A stretch of 57,186 nt of DNA, counting the filler, from Catajapyx aquilonaris (lineage: Eukaryota), in assembly GCA_000934665.2 (NCBI GenBank). It is 2 parts of 2 records of this genome, joined end to end, with 100 filler letters (N's around TTAATTAATTAA, not from the genome) between each part and the next. Parts side by side here need not be neighbours in the genome. Positions count along the whole stretch, not along the records: positions 1 to 28,545 come from JYFJ02004906.1; 1 more part is not named here. The stretch is one strand, 5' to 3'. Every line of letters starts with the position of its first letter. Positions within the stretch are counted from its first letter, which is position 1. Below, piece after piece: positions 12,701 through 21,439 of the stretch. The translations under genes were made by a program, and so were the position numbers. The notes below the pieces were generated by a model, which saw nothing but the letters and a program-made list of their open reading frames with translations, made no database searches and was not told where the DNA came from.

Positions 12701-15700
12701 GAACCCCGATTATTATCCATCACCCACAGGACCGGGGCATGGTCGGAACGCAATAAAGGTTGGATAATTCGAAGAGCAAGTAAAAAACTTTAATGAAACA
12801 CAACAAAAACATATAATAATAATAATTAATAATAATAATTGTGGGGGGAGTGCTTCACCTTTCGGCGTTCGGCACGGACCTTTATTATTTGATCGTACAT
12901 AGTGTACAAGTTGGAGCCATTGAGAAGCGCCCGGGCCCACGGGCAGGATGACAGGAGGGGATGTGCAAGTGCAGTGCATCTGACGTGGTGGCCATTTTTA
13001 GTGAACTTCCCCGGGTGGTTTAGTCTGTGGAAATACCACCCGAGACGAAGCCAGAGGTGACCCTGAACTCTGCACGAGATGAAGGGGGTGTCCCCGCGTT
13101 GGGATCGAACCCGGGACCTTAACATCCGTGGGCGCATACGTTACCGCAGCACCGCTCCGCCTCCCCTACAAAAACATATAAAAACATGAAATAATGTCAA
13201 ATATTATGGGTTTCTAAGAAACAGTGAAGTATTTTTCTTTTATATACACACTCTTCTGTACTGTATTTACAATTTAACTAAGACAATACAAAACAAATTC
13301 GTAATACATTACAGTATTTGATGAAAAACATATTTATTGCTGGAGTTGGATGGTTGGATAAACCGAGGAGTCGGATAATCGAGGTTCTACTGTATGTCAG
13401 AAAAATTGCTGGTGACTCGTGTTGCATCTTGATTTTTTTTACCTATATTATTGTTGCATGTAAGATGTGTAGTTCTTGTAATGCCTGCCAGCATATTAGA
13501 ATGTTGAGCTTTAATGAGTATTTTTCCACTTGCCTGCAGAGTCTGGAGATTAATGACAGGTGCACGTTTTTATAAGTATTGCTGAGGGGATGGAATATTC
13601 TTTTAGGCTCGTCCCAGTCAAAATCCTGCATCTGCTTCTGGGGAGCCTGGAAGTGCAAGCAAGAAGCCATCAGCACCTGTAAGGCGTCCTGTGACAGGCC
13701 ATCTGTGCGGTTCTCATCCACCTCGCCCTGTCCCAGTGGTAAATAGACCTCAACCGCAAGTTAGGCCACACAATTGTTATGGACATCCAGCCAGGCCCAT
13801 TACTTCCCGCAACGAGCCTTCAGCTGTTGTAATGGATCGCATTGTGAGGTATTCAACTGAAGGGACACCACCGCAGTTTTCTACAGCTAGCTCATTGAGT
13901 GATTTGACCATTGATTCAACCACTGATGATGCAAGTCGAGACACGTGGTGAGTTTCAGTTCTTGCAGTGTGTGTGAACCACACTTGGATGTGTTCTTGAA
14001 TAGTCAGTAGGTCCACAGATATTTCCCAAGTTAATTCTGTTTTGCTCTATTGCTTCTGGACTTGAACCTTGTCCAAGGTGTGAAAACAGTCCATCCCCCA
14101 CAGCTATTTATTTGTTATTTATTTATTTATATATTTTATTACCCCATTCTCCGACCTTGGATTGTTTTGGGGGGGGGATATTGCCATGATGTACAAGTTG
14201 AGAACATAATTGCATTCGTTTACAAACATTTGAAAAGAAAGAATACAAGTGAAAAATTCGATTAAAATATGGTGAAGGGTTGAGGGAACATTTTTAAGCT
14301 AAGCCAGTTAGTTATTTTCGTCAAGGATCTGAATGGTTATGCCGGGTTTGATGGGGAGAAATTTTGAACAATTTCTTAAATTTATTAACATCCTTTGCTG
14401 AAAGAGTGGGAGACCAAAAGAAAAGTAGGGTTCCATACCGAAGCAGTGTTTAAGTACTTTATAATGTGTGTACCCAGGTGTTTGGACCAGGCTTGTTAGT
14501 ACAAGGGCTGATTAAAAAGTCATGGCGCGTATTTTTTTATTCAAAAACGGCAACACATACGGAGATGACCTTTGGTGAGTTTTGAAGATCCGGCGATTAC
14601 AATTTTATCTGGCATGTAGATGTCACCCATATCACGTGGGGGGCCGAAAAACAAGGGGACCGTGACACCCCCACCGTACCATCGCCCTAAGACGCTATGA
14701 TGGTGCCTGATTAGAGCTACTGACACTTGCATTTATGTCCACAGTGCTCAAAAAGCTGCAAGTGTCCATAATCCTGGGGCATCATCTGGCAAGCAGTCCA
14801 CCGGCAGTGCTGGGCATCTCAAAACGTGCCCGTCCATCGGACTTACTCCTCAGGAGTTCCCTTGCAACCAGCGCCTTGGATCACTAAATTTGGATGATGG
14901 AAAATATGAAGATTCTAGACTGGAGAGGAGGTTGTTGATTCAAAGAAGAGGTACTGTGTTTTAAGCACCTTTTGTTGCATGTATTTGGCAGTAGTTATGG
15001 ATAAATGTGCCTGACTGACATTTTTAACTTATTATTTTATTCAGGCTTGCAAATGTACTTCATTTGACTCCTGTACTTTTAGCATTTATTGTATGCTAGC
15101 TAGGACCTTAGTTGTGAGTTTTGTTCATGTCAGTTTTTTTCCCATCCCCCGCAGAAAACATGAAGGCTCCAAGTGACCACCGCACACCTAGCCTACCTAC
15201 CTTCCGGTCACATCTTCCAAGATTTACATCTGAACCTCAAAATGATGTAGTTTCTGGCTTGAATTCCCTAAGCATCCAGGAAGATCCAACAGAGATTGAG
15301 CAAGCAGCAGCGGAGGAGGCTCTGTTGGAGCAATGCATCAGTTCAGGGATGCCCAAAAGCAGAGGGGAGTCAGATGCATCAAAAAAGAGTAGGTCCAAGA
15401 AAACCAGCAAAATTCCATCCTTGTTAGACAGAAGCAGGCGTGACATGACAGAACCAAAAGAACAAGACAGAGCACTTGATTTTACACCAGTCACAGCAGA
15501 AGTGTGTCACCCAAGGAGAGATGCAGACATGGGGGATGTAGAAAAGATTGATTCACCTGAAAAGGATGTGGTAGTTTCTGGTGCCAAGCAAAAGAAGGAA
15601 GAAGAGGGCAAGAGTGGAGAGAGTGATGATTGGACTGACACGTCTCCAAATTCAGTGTCCTGTCCTAGCTTGAGTATCAGTGCAGCCCTGGAGTCAATTG

Positions 15701-17859
15701 GAAAAGAATTTGACAGAGAACGTGAGTGCAGGAGACGCATCACAGCTAGTCCGACCTCACCTGAATGTGATTGGAGGCAACGTTCCCTGCCAAGGAGGTT
15801 TGACTGCCGTCACACTAGGAAGGTCTTGCCAGAAATGGTTCGACGTGCACTAGCTGATGGAATGCAACGGTCCTCCAATGGCTCCTCAAGCCTGTCTAGT
15901 AGCTGCCATTCAAACCTAGATAACGTGAAGCCCCCATCTGCTATGGATGAAGTAGACATGGAAAACAGCATGGTGAGTGTAGCAAGCATTACATCAGAAG
16001 CAGTAACACATTCCAGCGATGCAGAGGCTCGGGCTTCAGCACCCAGAAATGGTTCAGGACGAAGTATCAGTGAGTGTTTGGAAAATGTGGAACCACCTTC
16101 CACGTATGACGAGGTAACTGATCTGACTGATCCTGAATCCACTGTCGAGCCAGGCACAGACACTATAGGTAGTGATACAGAAATGAATACAGAAGAGGTG
16201 GAGGCTCCTGATCTGCCTTCAGATGGCACCAAAGGAAACACACCTGTACCATCTGGAGGTAGTTCTAATGAGTCAACACCCAAAAGAAGGCTTGGGTTAA
16301 CACCACGCCAGAGGAGACGCTTGACTAAAGACCGTTATCGAACATACACATTGTCTCCAGACTGCGAGGCCACAGATCGTACTGGTGAGCGGAAGACTCC
16401 CAAGCAGAGACGTCAAGAAAATAGAGATCGCTATTCCACCCACACCCTGGAAAAACAACACATACCACAGATAACTGATGAGCAGCCAACCGCTCCTGTG
16501 GCAGATCGAATGGAAACTCTGAGACGTGATGCCAATGTAGTTGTCTCCACATTGAGTGAAAGGCGTGTGCCAGATTCTTCAGAGATGATTGCAAGTGTTG
16601 AGAGGTTGCTTGAATGTGAAACCTTGAGTTTGGTGTCTGATGAGTCAGAATCAGAAATGGCCAGGAGTGTGGCAAGAGCTGCTCAACAAGAGCAAGAAGC
16701 ACCTGTTCCTTGCCGACCTAGGATTGTAAAACCTGGGGAAGAAACACCCTGTGAGCCAGAGGAGAGTCCCTCTCCCAAAGCCATACGAGGTGGCCGTAAA
16801 TCTGCTGTGCCAAAAAGAATTTCAATGGTAGCCATTCGCCCTACACGAACTTCAGCCCTTCGCCAAAGTGGAAACAGCCCAAAAGGGCGTAAACCAAGTT
16901 CATCACCTTCAGGACGGCAGGTACCTGCTGCAGCAGAGAAGCCAAAACCTCCTATCAAACAGGGAACCTTCACAAAAGACCAGCCCAGCCAAGAGTGGGC
17001 TCCTGACATTCCAGTACCATCTGAGCGAGCTCCACCTGAAGAAGCTTCTGCCAAGGCCCCATGCAAAGGGCAGCCAAAGGTACTTGCAAGACTTGTGATT
17101 ACTTATAATTATGTGCTTGTTTTTTAATGCTCTGTAAAATTTTGCTTTTAGATTCCACCTAAGGTTCCCCCTAAGCCCAAGCTGCGACGAGACAGTGTGC
17201 AACCCAGCCCACCAGTCAGGCCAGCCATCAGTCTGGTGAAGGCTGCCAGTCAGGAGAGCACATCCAGCAGAGGTTCAGCTAGCAGTCGAGGTTCTGTGGC
17301 CAGCAGGAGCTCCTACAGAGGGCGTAGTGCCACAGTTGGTGCTGTGGGAGGAAGTTCCACATCAGTTGCTGCTGCTGCCTCCTTCTGCCTGCGTTCCTCA
17401 TCGGGCCCAGCACGCTTTGGCAGCAATTCAAGCATTAACTCATCTTCATCCCAGGGAAGTGCCAAACGTCTCCACAAGAAAGAAGTTAGCAGCAAGATTG
17501 CAAGCCTTTGGAAGAAGGTGGAGGAGAGCCGCACCAAGTCCAAGGAATCAGATGGCCAGCAAGGAGCACAAGCTGCGGCAGCTGCACCTAAAGAGGAGGT
17601 TAAGCCTAGAAGCAAACTGTCTTTGCGGCTCTCCAGATTAGGTCGCCATAAAAGCAAAGATGAAGAGGGGGATCGGCGAGAAGAGGAGGAACACCATACG
17701 GAAGAGAGACCCAAGGCCACAGCCAGATCACCAGCCTCAGCAATAGTTCCACCTTTCAACCACAGCCCTCCAAAACCCCCTCAAGCTCCCACCGCTCCCA
17801 ATGCTCCAGTCAAGGGCGAGGAACCTCCCACTGCCTCTCTCTTAGTCACGACTGTCTAA
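566..17859 (+). CDS. APC: Adenomatous polyposis coli protein homologue, 18 visible coding exons, 5' incomplete (about 2340 aa visible)
   Basis: Hallmark APC peptides: LGTKVEMVYSLLSMLG, LMKLSFDEEHRHAM, LRRYAGMALTNLTFGD, LKSILSALWNLSAHC, VSNACGTLWNLSAR, DQPVDYGLKYSE, ETPLMFSRCSSLGSLSS, SPSELPDSPGQTMPPSP, LLEQCISSGMPK; ends LVTTV*. All introns are GT-AG and in phase. Confidence 0.97.
953..970 (+). repeat. (TG)9 microsatellite abutting a splice acceptor
   Basis: TG repeat followed directly by ttcttgcag. Confidence 0.9.
980..1178 (+). CDS. APC: APC exon B
   Basis: DTASM...LGTKVEMVYSLLSMLG...MRQS(G); tgcag acceptor, gtgaga donor; ends phase 1. Confidence 0.93.
1519..1764 (+). CDS. APC: APC exon C (alternative in-frame donor possible after 1755)
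   Basis: GCLSLLIQLLH...AAKALHNIVHSHPDDKRGRREARILRLLEQIR; phase 1/1. Confidence 0.9.
2018..2133 (+). CDS. APC: APC exon D (armadillo region)
   Basis: HPGPAIAALMKLSFDEEHRHAMCQLGGLHAIAELIQ; gtaagt donor. Confidence 0.95.
2246..2634. mobile_element. Tc1/mariner-type MITE with about 117-bp TIRs
   Basis: TA|CAGGGTGGACCAACTTCAAGTGTCG ... CGACACTTGAAGTTGGTCCACTCTG|TA; arms about 2246-2362 and 2518-2634. Confidence 0.9.
3235..4120. mobile_element. Non-autonomous DNA transposon, Sola-like
   Basis: 13-bp TIR GGGCAATTCCACG/CGTGGAATTGCCC with 4-bp TSD AAAT on both sides (3231-3234, 4121-4124). Superfamily inferred from the AWWT TSD and GGG terminus. Confidence 0.75.
4819..5007 (+). CDS. APC: APC exon E (armadillo)
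   Basis: VDHAAHG...LRRYAGMALTNLTFGDGANKALLC...EDLRQ; phase 0/0. Confidence 0.95.
5066..5248 (+). CDS. APC: APC exon F (armadillo)
   Basis: VTASVVRNLSWRAD...LKSILSALWNLSAHCSMNK; phase 0/0. Confidence 0.95.
5252..6145 (-). mobile_element. Internally deleted, decayed mariner element
   Basis: TA|CGAGGGGTGTTCAAAAA ... TTTTTGAACACCCCTCG|TA. Minus strand gives a remnant HTH, SKVKVMFVVFLDWKG, HSNAPAHTS and PYSPDLTPADFFLF (YSPDLAP motif), with stops and frameshifts. Confidence 0.92.
6313..6461 (+). CDS. APC: APC exon G (armadillo)
   Basis: ADICGVTGALAFLVDML...IVENAGGILRNISSHIAVKEEY; gtgagt donor; ends phase 2. Confidence 0.95.
6519..8035 (+). CDS. APC: APC exon H (last armadillo repeats, two 15-aa repeats, first 20-aa repeat)
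   Basis: ORF 6508-8040: LLQQLKSPSLTVVSNACGTLWNLSAR, DQPVDYGLKYSE, DQPTDYSLVYTE, YCTEGTP...FSTATSMSDL. Confidence 0.93.
8112..8256 (+). CDS. APC: APC exon I (20-aa repeat 2)
   Basis: EETPLMFSRCSSLGSLSSFDQHSIHDDRSSIISDF; phase 1/2. Confidence 0.93.
8328..8494 (+). CDS. APC: APC exon J (CID / sequence B)
   Basis: SRRASEVVSPSELPDSPGQTMPPSP; phase 2/1. Confidence 0.9.
8563..8705 (+). CDS. APC: APC exon K (20-aa repeat 3)
   Basis: DIPQSYHEEGTPFVFSGATSLSSLMFD; gtgagc donor. Confidence 0.9.
8762..8952 (+). CDS. APC: APC exon L (SAMP-like repeat)
   Basis: EEDMLAACINIGKP; phase 0/2. Confidence 0.87.
9012..9189 (+). CDS. APC: APC exon M
   Basis: ttttcag acceptor, CAG|gtaata donor, in phase; contains SGIP. 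Confidence 0.85.
9682..9967 (+). mobile_element. tRNA-derived SINE
   Basis: A box TGGCCGAGATGG, B box GGTTCAATCCC; flanked by 17-bp direct repeat AGTATTTACAATTGAAA (9665-9681, 9968-9984). Confidence 0.8.
10822..11421. mobile_element. pogo/Tigger-type MITE
   Basis: TA|CAGTAAAACTTCTATAAGTCGAA ... TTCGACTTATAGAAGTTTTATTG|TA, with subterminal TTCGAGTTATAGA-like repeats. Confidence 0.88.
11617..11835 (+). CDS. APC: APC exon N (20-aa repeat plus SAMP)
   Basis: DSLRTYCTEGTPANISHAGSHSDLSVL and DNILVQCIQSGMPK; phase 0/0. Confidence 0.93.
12108..12522. mobile_element. Possible old piggyBac-type MITE
   Basis: TTAA|CCCTTGTATGGTG ... CATCATTCCAGGG|TTAA (10 of 13 TIR positions match). Confidence 0.45.
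12696..13392. mobile_element. pogo/Tigger-type MITE interrupted by a SINE
   Basis: TA|CAGTAGAACCCCGATTAT ... ATAATCGAGGTTCTACTG|TA. Confidence 0.85.
12817..13167 (-). mobile_element. tRNA-derived SINE with (TTA)n tail, same family as 30123-30525
   Basis: Minus-strand B box GGTTCGATCCC; TSD ACAAAAACATATAA; body nearly identical to the 30123 copy. Confidence 0.9.
13607..13947 (+). CDS. APC: APC exon O (20-aa repeat)
   Basis: DRIVRYSTEGTPPQFSTASSLSDLTID; ttttag acceptor, gtgagt donor; ends phase 2. Confidence 0.9.
14745..14950 (+). CDS. APC: APC exon P
   Basis: ccacag acceptor, GAG|gtactg donor; open frame bridging phase 2 to phase 1 exactly as its neighbours require; no conserved motif. Confidence 0.72.
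15155..17079 (+). CDS. APC: APC exon Q (SAMP, SKIP, acidic and basic regions)
   Basis: 668-aa ORF; EEALLEQCISSGMPKS, TSKIPS, MENSMVSVASITSE, KQGTFTKD. Confidence 0.93.
17152..17859 (+). CDS. APC: APC terminal exon R
   Basis: ttttag acceptor in frame with ORF 17197; SKIASLWKK; ends LLVTTV-TAA. Confidence 0.92.
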   Translation: MPPKVPPKPKLRRDSVQPSPPVRPAISLVKAASQESTSSRGSASSRGSVASRSSYRGRSATVGAVGGSSTSVAAAASFCLRSSSGPARFGSNSSINSSSSQGSAKRLHKKEVSSKIASLWKKVEESRTKSKESDGQQGAQAAAAAPKEEVKPRSKLSLRLSRLGRHKSKDEEGDRREEEEHHTEERPKATARSPASAIVPPFNHSPPKPPQAPTAPNAPVKGEEPPTASLLVTTV

Positions 17860-18907
17860 CAAATGCTTCGCCTTTGCAGCTGCCTTTCACGTACCCCAGC
17901 AGCTGAACAAGGTGAAGAGGCTGGGAATGTACTTGGGGCGAAGTATTTGGGGGCAAGGAGGACAGGCGAGCTGTGACCTAACAGTTGAAGAAGGCAGCTG
18001 CTCTTCGTGTCGTTTGGTCAGTGTTATCTGATGCTGCACTGCAAGTACTGCAGCAGCCATTCAGTAAGCCAACGAGGCCAAACCAGTGGCGCGAAGCATT
18101 TGCGCTTGGCGCATCTTGCCCCACAACAGTCACTCCTAGAGGCCCTGAGACATCGCCATGTATGGAACAGGGTATCTTCACATGGACAAGCGAACTTTCC
18201 GCAGGCACTAACTTGACACGTGTCTTGTGGTTTTCACTGTCCCTGGGCTTTAGAGGTGTGACCCAATGTTGTGACAACTTTATGTACATAAATGTAATAT
18301 TGAAAAGGAGGTGGAGAAGGGATGTGAAAACCTGGCAGAATGGAAGCAGGAGCCCTATCTGTTTCCCTGCAGTTCGAGTGTACCACTGCCCTTTTAACCT
18401 GGAGAGAGTCACGTGCAGCTTCAGGACAGCAGCCTCTGAGTTCTTGTCACCAAGAATTGCTTCCTTGTGCACGCTGCAATATATTTCATCCCATGCAAGT
18501 CCTGCTCGTTGGGTTTTCAGTGCAACATCACTTTCTCAGTAGGACATGTGTTGCTCATAATTTGAGTGTGCCTTTCATTTCCAAAAGAAAAGTGTGTGAG
18601 ATTTGCTCTTCCTTGAAGATTAGTTTGCACTGCTGACAGAGATGACAGCTGGCGAGTGCTTTGCTCGTCTCTTGCACATCTTTGTTTGCGTGAAAAGGCT
18701 TTGTTCTTCCAGGTGGATACTTGTTAACGAAGAGTTTGCCAAGCTTCTTGTCTCTCACGTTGGTCATATAATTTTCCGTGGTTTCCAGCATCAGGTGCAT
18801 GCCAAACGTTCCAACCACATGCTTGTGAAAGAGTCGTATTTATGTAAGGAGAGGGAGTAAGTTGAGCGTATTGTCATATACCACTATCTTTGCTTGGTTT
18901 AATCTGG

Positions 18908-18913
18908 AATAAA
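18908..18913 (+). promoter_or_regulatory. Putative APC polyadenylation signal (3' UTR about 1.05 kb)
   Basis: First AATAAA seen after the stop; GT-rich tract gtgttgttgttt about 25 nt downstream. Confidence 0.6.
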
Positions 18914-20277
18914 TTAGTGGCATTGAGAGTCCTGTAATGTGTTGTTGTTTCTCTGTCGCTCCTTCAGGGTTGTAACACTTGGATGGTCCTTGTCACGAGC
19001 TGCACTCCAGACAGTCAGCTGGCCAGGTCACCTCTGCTGTCAAAAGAAGCTTGGTGTTGACTTGTCTTTCCAAGGCTAATGGTGGAATGGAGATGAGGAA
19101 TGAATTTGCTAGCTGTGGAATTATAGCAGTCATTCATGAATAACGAGAATAATCAAGGCTCATGTCAGCCTCGGAGTTATTGCGACACCTGAGAGCGCAA
19201 AAAATAGGTGTTGTAGGTCACTGCATTCTTATCCTGCATTATCTAGGCATGGGTTACTATGCTGTTTGTCTCTTCTTTTTTTCTTTTCTTTTTTTTCTTT
19301 TTTGCAAGTTTAAAAGCACTATATAGGTAGTAAATGATCAATGGCTGACCTTATTGTAAAGCAAAGTTTCAGAATAACAATTCATTGAAAATATGCAGGC
19401 TATGTAAAACAATGTCCCTGACTTACAGAGTTACAGTACGAACTTAATTAGTGTGCCACAGTAATAAAGCAACATTTGTATTCTAATTGTAATTAAATCT
19501 AGACAGTGTAGGGAGCTTATTGACCGTGCTTATCACACCTTTCAAAATGTACGTAGCTTGGTTCAAGTCCACAGTTACTGATTTCCACTGGCTCAGTTAA
19601 ATAAATTACATATTGCACATGTTTTATCGGCTTCCTAATGGTATGATTCTACACCAAACATTAAGGTCAGTTCATATAGGTGGTCTGTGAGCTGTTTTCA
19701 ACTCACAGGGGCTGATGACACCTCTAGTAATGTACTGTACAACCGTGACTAAAATAGACAGTAATAGCCATTACTATCGAAAATGTGACACAATCAGCAC
19801 ACATTCTTTACTCTCCTGGTAGCATAATTCAATTTCAACACATAGTCTAACACTTGAAGCGAAACAATAGCCTCTTTTATACTTGGTGGCTAAGAATAGT
19901 CCTGTAATAGAGAAGAACATGTTTACAAATTCGGTGATGGGGTTCCACTGATTTCTTCCATTCAACAACTTACCCATCCACCCTGAAACAAAGCATAAGC
20001 TATAGTTGTCTGAATGAACACTCGGCAGGTAATGACTTGTGTAAAAATGAAGTAGCGTCTGCACACGCTTGTAACGCTCCATGCACTCCGGCACACTCCT
20101 CTTCCGTTTAGAATCAATTGGCGTAATTCGTTGATGGGCTTTTATGAGCAAGAGACTCCTGCTTCGCAAGCGGAACGAATCTTCTAGAATAGATGACCCT
20201 CCTTCCACGTTCCACCCCCTGCCCCTTTCACCCCTCTGCATTACACATTAGAAGGCTGGCCTTCACGTACCTATCTC

Positions 20278-20388
20278 CCCAAGTAGCACACGAATCGCCC
20301 TGGAAAATCCCATGGATGATCCTAATATCCACTGTGGATAGCTGGATATCCATGGGATTTTCCAGGGCGATTCGTAGTGCTACTTGGG
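20278..20388. mobile_element. 111-bp hairpin MITE, CACTA/EnSpm-like (CCC termini)
   Basis: TC|CCCAAGTAGCAC...GTGCTACTTGGG|TC, 2-bp TSD, about 45-bp arms. Confidence 0.8.
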
Positions 20389-21336
20389 TCCCTCCGAGAA
20401 GTACTAGTGAACTCTGGAAAATTGGTGCAACCTGGACATGGTGTATAATCAAAAATATTTCTATATCGCATAAGGGTCGGCACAGTCGTTATCCAGTAGC
20501 CGCTTTCCTCATTAGTAAGCGCATCAGCCCCCAAATTTTTATAATTTCCCTCTCTTTTGTGTCCTATTATATTATTGGGGGGGAACCTCCAGAGGGCGTA
20601 ACTATAGCAGCTGTTTGATCCCAGCGCCACTGCGCACGCGCTGCCCTCTGCCGACGCCTGTTTGTCAAGCTACCGGCCAGTTTGAGTCCACTAAAGTGCC
20701 GGCAACCCTCCAGTGCAGTCGTGTCCATCCTGGGGGTCACCACAGCAGATAAGTACACCGTATTTGGATAGTACCCACTAGTCATCTCTCCCTTTTTTTT
20801 TTTGTATTTCCTCCTATTCTTTTTGTGCCCGTTTTTGATTAGGTAATTTCGCGAGTGTCCAGCCAACAGCACCCTCCACCCGGTTCTTTTAGTAGGCAGG
20901 AAATGGAATTAGAAGATAGTGACGTCACGATGAGACCAGTCAGGCCAATAGTGAGGGCTCGTTGAGAGTGCTCAATCAGTCCAGTGGGTCGGGAAGCCGC
21001 TCATATAATGTGTGTATATATATAGGAAACCGCTTTTTTTTATTCATCAACCCCCTTTAGAATCCGGACGAGAATCCGGAGTTTCATTTAGGGGGCTTGA
21101 AAAATAGGTAAATAGTATGGGCATAAATTGGTGCGGTATGGAGTAGGTAGGCTGACAAAAGGGGATGGGTGGGCATCATCCTTGTCAGGTCTTTTCCTGT
21201 GACCTTGGTAGAAAATATAACACGCTATAGTAGTCCTCCGCCCAATTGTCGAGGGCCAAGGTGCACCAGTTGGAACGAAGATTTAAAAAAAATGTACGGA
21301 TGGCTGTCTGGTCCTTATGTCCTCATGTGGCTAATA

Positions 21337-21439
21337 TCCCTCGTGGTCCAATTGGCACGACACGAGCTATGTACCGATGTACCATACCTGGTACTTGGGG
21401 TATAGGCTCGAGTTCCGGGTTCGAATCCTGGCGAGGGAT
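21337..21439 (+). ncRNA. tRNA-like element with extended anticodon arm (probable SINE head or atypical intron-containing tRNA pseudogene)
   Basis: Acceptor TCCCTCG/CGAGGGA, D stem GTC/GAC, anticodon stem CGAGC/GCTCG, T arm CCGGG-TTCGAAT-CCTGG, intact A and B boxes; 38-nt loop. Confidence 0.65.

Noticed and set aside
15237..17759. Several 80-157 aa minus-strand ORFs
   Set aside because: Antisense shadows of the long APC exons with no recognisable domains.
18283..18290. TGTACATA Pumilio-type element in the APC 3' UTR
   Set aside because: A single 8-mer cannot be supported without conservation data.
17978..18860. ORFs of up to 185 aa after the APC stop
   Set aside because: They lie in the inferred 3' UTR, have no domain-like composition and overlap on both strands.
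21320..21350. GCTAAT and CCTCGTGGT resembling an HDV-like ribozyme core
   Set aside because: The elements are in the wrong order, P3 does not form properly, and the tRNA fold explains the sequence better.
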